A stretch of 64,000 bases of DNA from contig CAYZJI010000012.1 of NCBI GenBank assembly GCA_964479045.1, positions 9,321 through 73,320 of the forward strand, written 5' to 3'. Numbering within the stretch: the first letter of the stretch is position 1; each line of letters begins with the position of its first letter. Made by a program: the position numbers and the translations under genes. The stretch comes from an uncultured Enterobacteriaceae bacterium (GTDB lineage Bacteria; Pseudomonadota; Gammaproteobacteria; Eutrophobiales; Eutrophobiaceae). Below are positions 1 to 9,241 of this stretch, one piece after another. The notes under the pieces are model-generated. The model saw only the letters and a list, made by a program, of their open reading frames with translations, made no database searches and was not told the origin of the DNA.

Positions 1-357
1 ATGATAAGGCGAAAACGTTTTGGTCAGAGACAGATAGGCATCCAGTGCTGATGGCTGTGAACCGTTGAATGGATTCAGCATGGACAAGTAGAACGGCCCG
101 GAAAAAATTTCCGAGAATTCATTGGCAACCTGGTCCCAGAAATTACGCAAAGCTGCGCGCGCCCCATTGCGGCCGCCACTGCAGTAACCGGAGGCAAACA
201 CGGCCGCATTGATGGCGCCGGAACTGGCACCGCTGATGCCTTCAAACAACAGGCGTTCATCTTCCAGCAGGCGATCGAGCACCCCCCAGGTAAAGGCACC
301 ATGGGAACCACCGCCCTGCAATGCCAGATTGATCGTCTTGGTAGTGTGATTGTTCAT
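1..357 (-). CDS. Patatin-like phospholipase family protein, N-terminal part (truncated by window edge)
   Basis: Not in the ORF track. Manual translation from ATG 357: MNNHTTKTINLALQGGGSHGAFTWGVLDRLLEDERLLFEGISGASSGAINA, with the Gly-rich GGGxxG loop and GxSxG nucleophile motif. Confidence 0.9.
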   Translation of the reverse strand, partial: MNNHTTKTINLALQGGGSHGAFTWGVLDRLLEDERLLFEGISGASSGAINAAVFASGYCSGGRNGARAALRNFWDQVANEFSEIFSGPFYLSMLNPFNGSQPSALDAYLSLTKTFSPYH

Positions 358-571
358 GATGAATACTTATACGACTAATGCTGCGCCGCGTCAATTGCTT
401 GAAATACAATATGATAGGAATATCACAGGTGCTTTTTTGTGCACTGATATCGGGCAGACTGCATTTCCCTGAATTTATATTTCAGCCATAGTGCTTCCGC
501 TACAGCCAGGTCTGGTGCGTCAGGTTCTGGTTTATAATCAACGCACTTTTGTACTGGCTTGGCGTAAAAAA

Positions 572-1408
572 ATGGATGGCATAAACAAAGAAATCGAGAG
601 CATCAATAAAGTGCTGGATACCGCCAATACATTTGCGGTGAATTACGGTTTCCAGATCGTGGGCGCCATCATCATCCTGGTGCTGGGCTGGTATCTGGCA
701 CGCTGGTTCAGCCGCCTGACTACTCGATTGTGTGAACATGCCAGACTTGATGTCACGCTGACCAAATTTTTTTCAGGGCTGGCCAAGACCATTGTCCTGA
801 TTTTTGTTGTTATCATCGCGCTGGGTAAACTCGGAATCACCATAACGCCATTGATTGCAGCACTCAGTGCGGTGGTTTTTGGCGGGACTCTGGCATTGCA
901 GGGATTGCTGTCGAATTTTGGTGCCGGCCTGAACATAATACTGAGCCGGCCGTTTGTGGTGGGCGATACCATACGCATACAGGGAATTACTGGAGTGGTA
1001 GAGGACATCAAACTGGGATATACCCTGCTTAGTAACGAAGACGGCGAATTGATCACAATTCCGAATAATAAAATCGTGGGCGAGATAATTTTCAATTCAT
1101 ATTCGAATATTGTTGTCGAAGCTGTAATACGCATCAGCTACAACGAAGATCCGCAAAAAGCCGTCAGGCTTGTCCGCAGTATTCTGGAACAACATCCTGA
1201 AGTTGCACAGCGGCCAGCACCCTTGATCGGAATCCAGAAATTCAGCGAGACAGCTTATGAAATTGGTCTGCGCTACTGGGTGCCAACCCGGCGATTTTTT
1301 GAGATCCAGTACACTGTGAACGGCATGATTAACCAGCAGTTTGCAGGTGAGGGGATACGTTTTGCCCGGCCGCAGATGGATGTACATATCAGCAATAACA
1401 GCGCATAA
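572..1408 (+). CDS. mscS: Small-conductance mechanosensitive channel (MscS family)
   Basis: Three TM helices, then LSNFGAGLNIILSRPFVVGDTIRI and IPN motifs; ATG 572 preferred over track start 491. Confidence 0.9.
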   Translation: MDGINKEIESINKVLDTANTFAVNYGFQIVGAIIILVLGWYLARWFSRLTTRLCEHARLDVTLTKFFSGLAKTIVLIFVVIIALGKLGITITPLIAALSAVVFGGTLALQGLLSNFGAGLNIILSRPFVVGDTIRIQGITGVVEDIKLGYTLLSNEDGELITIPNNKIVGEIIFNSYSNIVVEAVIRISYNEDPQKAVRLVRSILEQHPEVAQRPAPLIGIQKFSETAYEIGLRYWVPTRRFFEIQYTVNGMINQQFAGEGIRFARPQMDVHISNNSA

Positions 1409-1449
1409 TATATTGATATTTGACACATATATTGTTTTGAGGAAATGAG

Positions 1450-1683
1450 ATGGCTTTTACAGACGATGAAGATAAAACAGTAGCAAAGACACTCTGGTCA
1501 GAATCTCTCATTGATGCATTGTTGGTCGGCCTGAAAAAGAAAGCAGCGGATCCGAAAATCAAGGAACTCATCAAGGATATAATCGCGAGAGGTTACAAGC
1601 AGGATTATATTATTCAGAAAGTGACCAAGGAAATGGGCACCCAGGCAGCAATGCGGGTAAAACAATTGATGTCGGGAAAATAG
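1450..1683 (+). CDS. Hypothetical 77-aa protein
   Basis: Clean ORF with upstream GAGG/GAGA; no recognised motif. Confidence 0.6.
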   Translation: MAFTDDEDKTVAKTLWSESLIDALLVGLKKKAADPKIKELIKDIIARGYKQDYIIQKVTKEMGTQAAMRVKQLMSGK

Positions 1684-1801
1684 TTCTCCAAAAAGTATTG
1701 CGTGTATTAATAATAATGTAATTAATCGGATTGCGCGCCAGCAAAATCATCCGGTCGATATTTGTGACGCTGAATCAGGGTTCTCTTTGTTTTTCTACTG
1801 T

Positions 1802-2305
1802 ATGCGCCTCTTGAAAAATTATCCTCTGTTTTTGTTTCTGATGTTTGTTGCAATGCCTGTTGTTGCCAAAGGCAAGCATGCAGTAGGCTGGATTGAGTAT
1901 GTAAAAGTTTTTCCGGGTGAACTTGAATTCAAGGCCAAACTCGATACCGGGGCATATAACTCTTCAATTCATGCAGAAAATATTGTTGAATTTGATCGTG
2001 ATGGAGAGCTATGGGTCAGGTTCGATATTATCAACCGTAAAAATATCAGTGCCACGCTGGAGCTGCCGGTCGTCAAGGAAGTCACCATCAAGCGTCATTT
2101 CGGCAAGAAGCAAAAACGCTATGCGGTCATGCTGGGAATCTGTGTGAATAAAACCTACAAGAAAACCCAGGTCAGTCTTGTGGACCGTGAAGGGTTTCTC
2201 TATGCGTTGCTCATCGGCCGCAGTTATTTGAAGAAGGATTTTATGATAGACCCCGCTGAACAGTTTACCTCCAAGCCACAATGCCAGGTGGCCACAGATG
2301 AATAA
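1802..2305 (+). CDS. Secreted RimK-associated retropepsin-like peptidase ('ATP-dependent Zn protease' family)
   Basis: Signal peptide, GWIEY, AKLDTGAYNSS (DTG motif) and LLIGRSYL; stop overlaps next start. Confidence 0.85.
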   Translation: MRLLKNYPLFLFLMFVAMPVVAKGKHAVGWIEYVKVFPGELEFKAKLDTGAYNSSIHAENIVEFDRDGELWVRFDIINRKNISATLELPVVKEVTIKRHFGKKQKRYAVMLGICVNKTYKKTQVSLVDREGFLYALLIGRSYLKKDFMIDPAEQFTSKPQCQVATDE

Positions 2306-3824
2306 CCGTCATCTGTATATTCTTGCGGGTCTGCTGTTTGCGACAGGTCTTGGCCTGTTTCTCTACAAGGCCATTTATCTCGGGTTCCCTTTGCTGCCGG
2401 GGCAGAAAACGGATGTGTGGGAAGTCGAGATCAAAATGAATTTCAATGCCAGCGAGCGGCCGGTCAAGGCGTTGTTATATATCCCCCGTAACTCCGCGGA
2501 TTTTTCGATTGTAAACGAGAACTTTATTTCCAAGGGATACGGCATTTCCATCAGCACTCTGGATGGTAACCGTCAGGTAGCATGGTCCATCCGCTCGGCC
2601 CGCGGCCAACAGACGCTTTACTATCGTGCCATGATCGAAAAGATGGTGGTAATTGATCGCCCTGCGACCAGCTCCAGAAATATCGAGGTGGTTCCTGCAG
2701 ACTATGAAGGTGCTGACCTCGAAGCGGCCAATGCCATCCTGCAGGAAGCCCGGCAGAAATCGGCTGATCGCATCACCCTGGTGCTGCAGCTCATGGACAT
2801 CATCGAAAATTATACGACAAACGATAATGCCGGACTTCTGCTCAAGGAGCATCCAACCCAGCAGAAGAAAATTGAAACCATGATCAAGATACTTTCACTG
2901 GACGGTATTCCAGCCCGGCTGGTGCATGGACTGCGAATGGTAGAGCAATACGGCAAGTCTGATCCCATTACCTGGCTCGAAGTCTATGTCGAAGATAAAT
3001 GGCTGCCCATCGACCCGGTGACCCGCCAGACCGGCCAACTCAGCGATTATCTGGTGTTGTGGAAAGGCACCGACCGGATGGTGAACCTGACGGGTGGTGA
3101 TAATCTTGACGTGGATATCAATATCCAGAAGTCCGGCCTGGAAAGTATCACTGCAGCAAGCACACGCGAACGGACTATCAGTCCGGATTTTTCCCGCTAC
3201 TCATTATTGAATCTGCCGCTCGATACCCAGCGCGTGTATAACATCCTGCTGACAGTACCGGTGGGCGTGTTTCTGCTGGTGTTGTTGCGTAATATTATCG
3301 GCATCAAGACCTTCGGCACGTTCATGCCGATCCTGATCGCGCTTGCTTTTCGCGAAACACAACTGGTGTCCGGGTTGATTCTCTTCTGTATCCTGATCGC
3401 CGCCGGTCTGGCGATAAGGTTTTATCTGGAAAAACTCAAACTGCTGCTGGTGCCACGCCTTGCTTCTGTGCTGATCATCGTCATCATGCTCATGTTGTTC
3501 ATGAGTATTGTCAGCCACAACATGGGGATCGAAAGTGGTTTGTCCGTGGCCCTGTTCCCGATGGTGATTATCACCATGACCATCGAGCGCATGTCGATTG
3601 TCTGGGAAGAACGCGGGGCCAACGAAGCCATCAAGCAAGGCATCGGCAGTCTGATAGTTGCTGCCGCAGCTTTTATGATCATGAGCCTGGATGTGGTGGA
3701 ACATCTGACCACTGTATTTCCGGAACTGTTGTTCATCCTGTTGTCCATCACTATCCTGCTGGGACGTTACTCCGGGTATCGTCTGCTTGAGCTGCACCGG
3801 TTCAAGGCCCTGGTGAGCAAGTAG
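2298..3824 (+). CDS. Inactive transglutaminase-like protein with C-terminal 7TM domain
   Basis: GIPARLVHG..TWLEVY..WLPIDP transglutaminase-like core with no catalytic Cys/His visible; multi-TM C-terminus (GIKTFGTFMP, LFPMVI..TIER). Confidence 0.85.
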   Translation: MNNRHLYILAGLLFATGLGLFLYKAIYLGFPLLPGQKTDVWEVEIKMNFNASERPVKALLYIPRNSADFSIVNENFISKGYGISISTLDGNRQVAWSIRSARGQQTLYYRAMIEKMVVIDRPATSSRNIEVVPADYEGADLEAANAILQEARQKSADRITLVLQLMDIIENYTTNDNAGLLLKEHPTQQKKIETMIKILSLDGIPARLVHGLRMVEQYGKSDPITWLEVYVEDKWLPIDPVTRQTGQLSDYLVLWKGTDRMVNLTGGDNLDVDINIQKSGLESITAASTRERTISPDFSRYSLLNLPLDTQRVYNILLTVPVGVFLLVLLRNIIGIKTFGTFMPILIALAFRETQLVSGLILFCILIAAGLAIRFYLEKLKLLLVPRLASVLIIVIMLMLFMSIVSHNMGIESGLSVALFPMVIITMTIERMSIVWEERGANEAIKQGIGSLIVAAAAFMIMSLDVVEHLTTVFPELLFILLSITILLGRYSGYRLLELHRFKALVSK

Positions 3825-3826
3825 TC

Positions 3827-4774
3827 ATGCTGTCTCTGGCCGGAAAACTCCATGCTGCCGGTGTTATGGGTATCAACCAGCGTAACTGTGATTACACGCT
3901 GGTCTACAATCCACGCAAGTTTTATCCACTTGTGGATGACAAGCTGCGAACCAAGCAACTGGCGCTGGATGCGGGAATTGCCGTACCGGAGTTATACGGT
4001 GTGATCGAAATCGAGCACCAGATCCGTGAACTGCCTGAGTTTCTCAGGAAATATTCTGATTTTGCGTTGAAGCCTGCGCAGGGTACCGGGGGTGAAGGTA
4101 TCGAAATTATCGTTGGCAAGGTCAAGCATCTCTACAAAAAAGCCAATGGCCAGTTTGTGACTGAAGAGCAGCTCCAGCATCATGTGTCGAATATTCTGAA
4201 TGGCCTGTTCAGCTTGGGCGGTCATGAAGACAAGGCCATTATCGAATACCGCGTCAAGTTTGATCCGGTGTTTGATGCGATCAGCTATCAGGGTGTGCCG
4301 GACATCCGCATCATCGTCTTCATGGGTTTCCCGGTTATGGCGATGATCCGTCTGCCCACCCACATGTCCGGTGGCAAGGCCAACCTGCATCAGGGAGCGA
4401 TTGGTGTTGGTATTGATATTGCCTCTGGCCGGACACTGAATGCTGTCTGGAAGAATGATGTCATCATCGAGCATCCGGACACGCACAATCCTGTTACAGG
4501 TTTCGAAATTCCGAGATGGGATGATTTGTTGTTGATTGCGGCAAAATGTTATGAGCTCACCGGGCTTGGCTATCTGGGGGTGGACATCGTGCTCGATCGG
4601 ATAAAAGGTCCGTTGATTCTGGAGATGAATGCCCGGCCCGGACTCAATATCCAGATTGCCAACCATCGCGGCCTGCTGCACCGGCTGGAATTTATTCGTG
4701 CCAATGCCCGCCGTCTGGGCTGTGTTGAGGACCGTGTGGCCTTTTCCAAAAAAATGCTCACCCGTGTACCGTAA
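3827..4774 (+). CDS. Alpha-L-glutamate ligase-like ATP-grasp protein
   Basis: VDDKLRTK, FALKPAQGTGGEGI, GVPDIRII, KANLHQG, YLGVDIVLD and ILEMNARPG ATP-grasp motifs. Confidence 0.9.
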   Translation: MLSLAGKLHAAGVMGINQRNCDYTLVYNPRKFYPLVDDKLRTKQLALDAGIAVPELYGVIEIEHQIRELPEFLRKYSDFALKPAQGTGGEGIEIIVGKVKHLYKKANGQFVTEEQLQHHVSNILNGLFSLGGHEDKAIIEYRVKFDPVFDAISYQGVPDIRIIVFMGFPVMAMIRLPTHMSGGKANLHQGAIGVGIDIASGRTLNAVWKNDVIIEHPDTHNPVTGFEIPRWDDLLLIAAKCYELTGLGYLGVDIVLDRIKGPLILEMNARPGLNIQIANHRGLLHRLEFIRANARRLGCVEDRVAFSKKMLTRVP

Positions 4775-4936
4775 TAACACCCGGACAGGCATAAATAGTT
4801 TGATAGAGTTAACAGTATCCCGTCCACTGTACTGGCAATATCTTCATCCCTGCGTATAGTGTTTTTCAGTGTCCAGCAGAAGTTGTCTGCCGGATTATTG
4901 ATCTATTTCAGTTCTCGAACTTAAATCATTATAGAT

Positions 4937-6700
4937 ATGGCACCGATCGCTCATCGCAATGCTCTGCAGGCAGGCCATACCTTGCACTGGTATCGCATCG
5001 AGCGTGTGCTGGGGCAGGGGGCATTCGGTATTACCTATCTGGCACACGATATCAACCTGGATCGTCAGGTGGCGATCAAGGAATACATGCCCTCACAGCT
5101 TTCCATGCGCGAGAACAGCCAGTCGGTACAACCCTTGTCGGAAGAACATCGTGAGGGTTTCAAGGCTGGTTTACTGCGTTTTGTCAGTGAAGCGCGGACA
5201 CTGACCCGTTTTGAACATGCCAACCTGATCCGTGTATTTAATGTATTTGAAGCAAACAACACCGCTTATATGGTTATGAATTACGAAGTGGGCCAAAGCC
5301 TGAAGGACCTGATAAAACGAAAACAGAGGTTCACTGAAGAACAGATTATCAGCATTATTCAGCCACTGCTCAGTGGCTTGCAAAATATCCATGACAAAGG
5401 GTTTGTACATCGTGACATCAAACCGGGTAATGTGTTCATCCGTTCCAGCGGCAGTCCTGTTCTGATTGATTTCGGATCCGCCCGCCAGACCCTGCAGGAC
5501 AATCCGCAAACCCTGACCAATTTTGTTTCACCGGGTTATGCCCCGATAGAACAGTACGTCAGCAAGAGTGACAAGCAGGGACCCTGGACCGATATTTATG
5601 GTCTCTCTGCGACACTGTATCGGGTGATGGCAGGCGTGGTGCCGCATAATGCTATCGAACGCAGCGAATCCATCATGGGAGACAAGGTGGATCCGCTCAT
5701 GCCGCTTTCAGTACTTGTTTCCGGGCAGTACAGTGAAAAACTGCTCGAAGCCATTGACCATGGCCTTGCCTTCTGGGCGCATGATCGACCACAAACCGTT
5801 GCATTGTGGAGGGAAGACTTCGGTTTTCCCCCTGAGAATACCGGGCCCTATATCCCTAACCAGGAACAGACGGTAATCACCGATCCACTGCAACATATTT
5901 CATTGCATATCACCAGTGAAACATCCACTGACATAACGGAGTCTGTCGCCCCCACGACAGCACCGGTGAAACTGCAGACACTGGAAAGTGAGATGGCCAC
6001 TGCTCCCGTGATAGATACAACAACCGGTAATATTCAGGAGACCACAGCAGTCACCACGGAGATTTCAGACAGAAAGCTCAACACACAACTGAAAGTCACT
6101 GCTGCAGCAGTCATAGTGCTCGCCGGATTTCTGTATTTTTTGTTGTTTTACAGGGCCGAGACTGAAACACCGGCATTGATGAGTACCGGTCCTGTTCCTG
6201 CTCAACACACAGAAGCTGGATCGGAACCTGTACTGACACAGCAACCTGCGAACGAGATAGAGAAGCTGCTGACAGCCGCGCAGGCAGCCATGACTGATCT
6301 GAAACTGACCACGCCTGCAGGAGATAATGCGTATGAGCGCTACCAGCAGGTACTGACGATTGATCCGGAAAATACCGAGGCAAGGCAGGGTATAGAGTCC
6401 ATATCGGATCGATATGTTGACCTTGCCTATCGCGCCATGGACACAGGTGACCATGACCGCGCGAGCCATTATGTAAACAAGGCCCGGGAGATTTGGCCGG
6501 AATCACCACGGATTCGGTCCGCCAGCGACAGACTGGACAGTATGGCTGCCCAGACATCCACCACCGCCAGCGAAACCTCGGCAGAGGATGTGTTTGAGGA
6601 CATCAAAAAATGGTTTAAAGAGTCTGCAGAAAAAGCCAGTGAAAGTGAAAAGAACAGGAAATCCAACCCTCTGGATGAACAGATTAAACGATCCATGTAA
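4937..6700 (+). CDS. Membrane Hanks-type Ser/Thr protein kinase with extracytoplasmic TPR-like helical domain
   Basis: GQGAFG, VAIKE, HRDIKPGN, DFG, APIE and DIYG motifs; one TM near residue 390; C-terminal LTTPAGDNAYERYQQVLTIDPEN. Confidence 0.92.
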   Translation: MAPIAHRNALQAGHTLHWYRIERVLGQGAFGITYLAHDINLDRQVAIKEYMPSQLSMRENSQSVQPLSEEHREGFKAGLLRFVSEARTLTRFEHANLIRVFNVFEANNTAYMVMNYEVGQSLKDLIKRKQRFTEEQIISIIQPLLSGLQNIHDKGFVHRDIKPGNVFIRSSGSPVLIDFGSARQTLQDNPQTLTNFVSPGYAPIEQYVSKSDKQGPWTDIYGLSATLYRVMAGVVPHNAIERSESIMGDKVDPLMPLSVLVSGQYSEKLLEAIDHGLAFWAHDRPQTVALWREDFGFPPENTGPYIPNQEQTVITDPLQHISLHITSETSTDITESVAPTTAPVKLQTLESEMATAPVIDTTTGNIQETTAVTTEISDRKLNTQLKVTAAAVIVLAGFLYFLLFYRAETETPALMSTGPVPAQHTEAGSEPVLTQQPANEIEKLLTAAQAAMTDLKLTTPAGDNAYERYQQVLTIDPENTEARQGIESISDRYVDLAYRAMDTGDHDRASHYVNKAREIWPESPRIRSASDRLDSMAAQTSTTASETSAEDVFEDIKKWFKESAEKASESEKNRKSNPLDEQIKRSM

Positions 6701-6826
6701 GAGACCCAAAAAACGGGTTTTTAGCCGTTGACAGATTGTCATCAAATTTTAATATTCTGCAACTGTTCTGTCGTATTCCCTCAGTAAACTCCCCTCAAAA
6801 CCTGCAACCGGCAAATGGAGGCAATT

Positions 6827-8257
6827 ATGAGGAACTGGATGAATTACCTGGCCTGTCATTACGAGTCCATGCGTGAAAAGTATCCCGATGACAGGCTGCT
6901 TATACTGTTTGATATTGATGGCACCATCCTCGACATGCGTCATACGATGCATTACCTGCTGAAATCCTATGATCAGAATTTTGGTACACAATATTTCAAA
7001 CACCTGCAGGTGCCGCTCATAACCTTTCCGGAAGAAGAGTTGACTTCAGGCCTTCGGCCTTTCTGTATCCCCGAGGGTGAAATGGAAAAAATCCTGTGCT
7101 GGTATGGTGAAAACCGCTGGTCAATGTGGTCCCTGTTCGAAGCGAACCGGCCATTTCCGGGAGTGATGGAAGTCATCCGCTGGTTCCAGTTACAGAACAA
7201 TACCTGTGTCGGGCTCAATACCGCACGTTCCGAAGTGCTGCGCGAAGAGACCATGTTGTCATTAAACAGTCTGGGACGTGAATTCCGCGTGACGTTTGAT
7301 GATCAGCTGATGAAAATGCACCGACCCGGATTACACAAGAACCATGCCGACAGCAAAGTAGGCGCCATACGGGAATTTCAGGCGACAGGTTACCGGGTAA
7401 TTGCGATGGTCGATAACGAGCCGGAAAATCTTGAACATATCGCTGCAAGTGGTCTGGCGGATGAAATCCTGCTTTTGCATGCCAGCACCCTGTTCAAAAG
7501 CCGGGTGGACCACAGGCAAATCAGGGCCGTGGGCGGCAATGTGTACGATCTTACCGAGCTGATTCCGCGCCGTGCCTTGCCACAACACATCCAGTTTGTC
7601 TGGAACAATGTCAATAATGACTCCAGCCTGACACATTTCATGAAATCGAATGTCAGGTGGGCGGATGTGACCGGAGTTGCCAACGATACTTCATATACGG
7701 ACGAGTTCAGTGAGGCAGTCTCTAATCCCCGGGAATTTGTCCGTTATATTTCGCTGTTCAGGACGAACGGCAAGGGCATACGCATCAATTTTGAATCCAT
7801 ACACGAGCAAGCTGATACTATTATTGATCTGCTGGCTCGGCATGACGTTGTCAGCAACCAGCTCTGGTTGTGTGGAAAGATTGATACGCTGCGCCGTGAA
7901 ACCTATGGTCTGATGTCGGACATATTCCCCGAAGCGATAATTGAATGTCCCGTGGATTTTCTGGCCCCTATTCTGCTGACTACACCTGAGCAGGCAGAAC
8001 GGATACTGGATACCTATACCGGTTGGGGCATCAATCGTTTTTCCCTGAGCTGGAAAACAGCACAGGTCAAGCGTGTGCTGGGGATACTGGATCGCCTGGG
8101 ATTTGACATCACTATCCGTGATATCAATAATTTGGAGGACTTTCTGCAGGCGGTATTGCTGTTGCCCACAGCAATAGTGACCAGCTTCAATTTCCCCAGG
8201 TGGGAACAAAATCAGGCGCACAGAGACAATGAAATGCAGGTATTGAAACAGGCCTGA
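6827..8257 (+). CDS. HAD-like N-terminal domain fused to a probable FAM151/DUF2181-like (GDPD-type barrel) domain
   Basis: LFDIDGT (HAD motif I), LNTAR and MVDNEPEN; C-terminal IQFVWNNVNN..FMKSNVRWADV resembles the FAM151 N-terminal motif. RBS GGAGG before ATG 6827. Confidence 0.6.
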   Translation: MRNWMNYLACHYESMREKYPDDRLLILFDIDGTILDMRHTMHYLLKSYDQNFGTQYFKHLQVPLITFPEEELTSGLRPFCIPEGEMEKILCWYGENRWSMWSLFEANRPFPGVMEVIRWFQLQNNTCVGLNTARSEVLREETMLSLNSLGREFRVTFDDQLMKMHRPGLHKNHADSKVGAIREFQATGYRVIAMVDNEPENLEHIAASGLADEILLLHASTLFKSRVDHRQIRAVGGNVYDLTELIPRRALPQHIQFVWNNVNNDSSLTHFMKSNVRWADVTGVANDTSYTDEFSEAVSNPREFVRYISLFRTNGKGIRINFESIHEQADTIIDLLARHDVVSNQLWLCGKIDTLRRETYGLMSDIFPEAIIECPVDFLAPILLTTPEQAERILDTYTGWGINRFSLSWKTAQVKRVLGILDRLGFDITIRDINNLEDFLQAVLLLPTAIVTSFNFPRWEQNQAHRDNEMQVLKQA

Positions 8258-8305
8258 ACAATCACCCAATCCTTTTACTTCCCGTTAACCTGGAGTGTCG
8301 TTCTG

Positions 8306-8343
8306 ATGCCGGAGCCCGAGAGGATCCGGGCATTATTTTTGTT
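8306..8343 (+). terminator. Possible intrinsic terminator
   Basis: Imperfect stem ATGCCGGA...TCCGGGCAT followed by TATTTTTGTT. Confidence 0.4.
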
Positions 8344-8424
8344 CTGCCGATTCGCGGTATCATAGGCGGTATGTCATCTATATTCAGATTAATAATGTTC
8401 ATTTCAGGTAACAGGTGAAACACT

Positions 8425-8790
8425 ATGAATGATCAACCAGGAGAAAAAACAAGACGTATGGTCATGGGGGATACGTTCGTGGACAAGGCATTAAACAGCA
8501 CAGATGAATTTACCCGGCCATTGCAGGACTATATTAATGATCATTGCTGGGGCGCCGTGTGGACGCGTGCAGGACTCGATCTTAAAACTCGCAGTCTGAT
8601 TACAATTGCCATGCTGACAGCATTAAGAGCACCACAGGAACTTAAAGGCCATGTGCGCGGCGCTATTAATAATGGATGTACAAAAGAAGAGATTCGCGAA
8701 ACGCTGTTACACACGGCAGCTTATTGTGGAGTGCCTGCAACACAGGAGGCGTTTCGTGCCGCAATTGAAATTATAAATAGTGCCAGATAA
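8425..8790 (+). CDS. Carboxymuconolactone decarboxylase (CMD/AhpD-like) family protein
   Basis: WGAVWTRAGLDLKTRSLITIAML, ELKGHVRGAINNG and AAYCGVPA motifs. Confidence 0.9.
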   Translation: MNDQPGEKTRRMVMGDTFVDKALNSTDEFTRPLQDYINDHCWGAVWTRAGLDLKTRSLITIAMLTALRAPQELKGHVRGAINNGCTKEEIRETLLHTAAYCGVPATQEAFRAAIEIINSAR

Positions 8791-8889
8791 ATGATACTAA
8801 AAGGGCCAGTATTCGGTCGTTGGTCTCTAAGTGAAGTGTAACTGGCTGATAATATTATGGGCAGGCCCGAACCATCGGTTTCATCATTA

Positions 8890-9226
8890 TGCACAGAAGT
8901 CCAGTCCTGATTGGACACTTGGTGGTTTGATGGTGGTGACATTCAGATGAAGTCTGGTTAATCATATTTTCCCGCCAGCTTTGTTTGCCGTCCATCAACA
9001 TTTCCATGGATGTTCGTCCACAGTACATTTTGCCTGGTGCGACCGTTCATGGTTGTAGTACTGTAACCATTCGTCCAGATTGATTTGTAACGCTTCAATG
9101 CTGGCATAGACTTTCTTGCTTGCGGAATGTGACCTGATAAAACTCCTGCAGGACGGTCTCGTGGAACCGCCCGTAGATCCCGTTGGTCTGTGGCGAACGG
9201 ACGCGGGTTTTGGTGTATTCAAGGTG
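8890..9226 (-). mobile_element. IS481-family transposase remnant (3' fragment, two frameshifts)
   Basis: Minus-strand reading across frameshifts: HLEYTKTRVRSPQTNGIYGRFHETVLQEFYQVTFRK/KVYASIEALQINLDEWLQYYNHERSHQ/KMYCGRTSME. Possible degenerate terminal IR TGCACAGAAGTCCAGTCCTGATTGGACA at 8890-8917. Confidence 0.8.
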
Positions 9227-9241
9227 GTTCATGGGCCTTCA

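Noticed and set aside
1762-1780. CRP site (TGTGA...) upstream of the ATP-grasp operon
   Set aside because: The second half-site does not match TCACA at N6 spacing.
3992-4792. 266-aa minus-strand ORF
   Set aside because: Antisense to the ATP-grasp ligase; no independent support.
8917-8932. Direct repeat of the tRNA-Met 3' end marking the islet's far boundary
   Set aside because: TTGGTGGTTTG matches TTGGTGGCTATG over only 7 nt and lies within the IS remnant; not significant.
8995-9222. Functional IS481 transposase
   Set aside because: Only the C-terminal third is present, with two frameshifts; recorded as a remnant.
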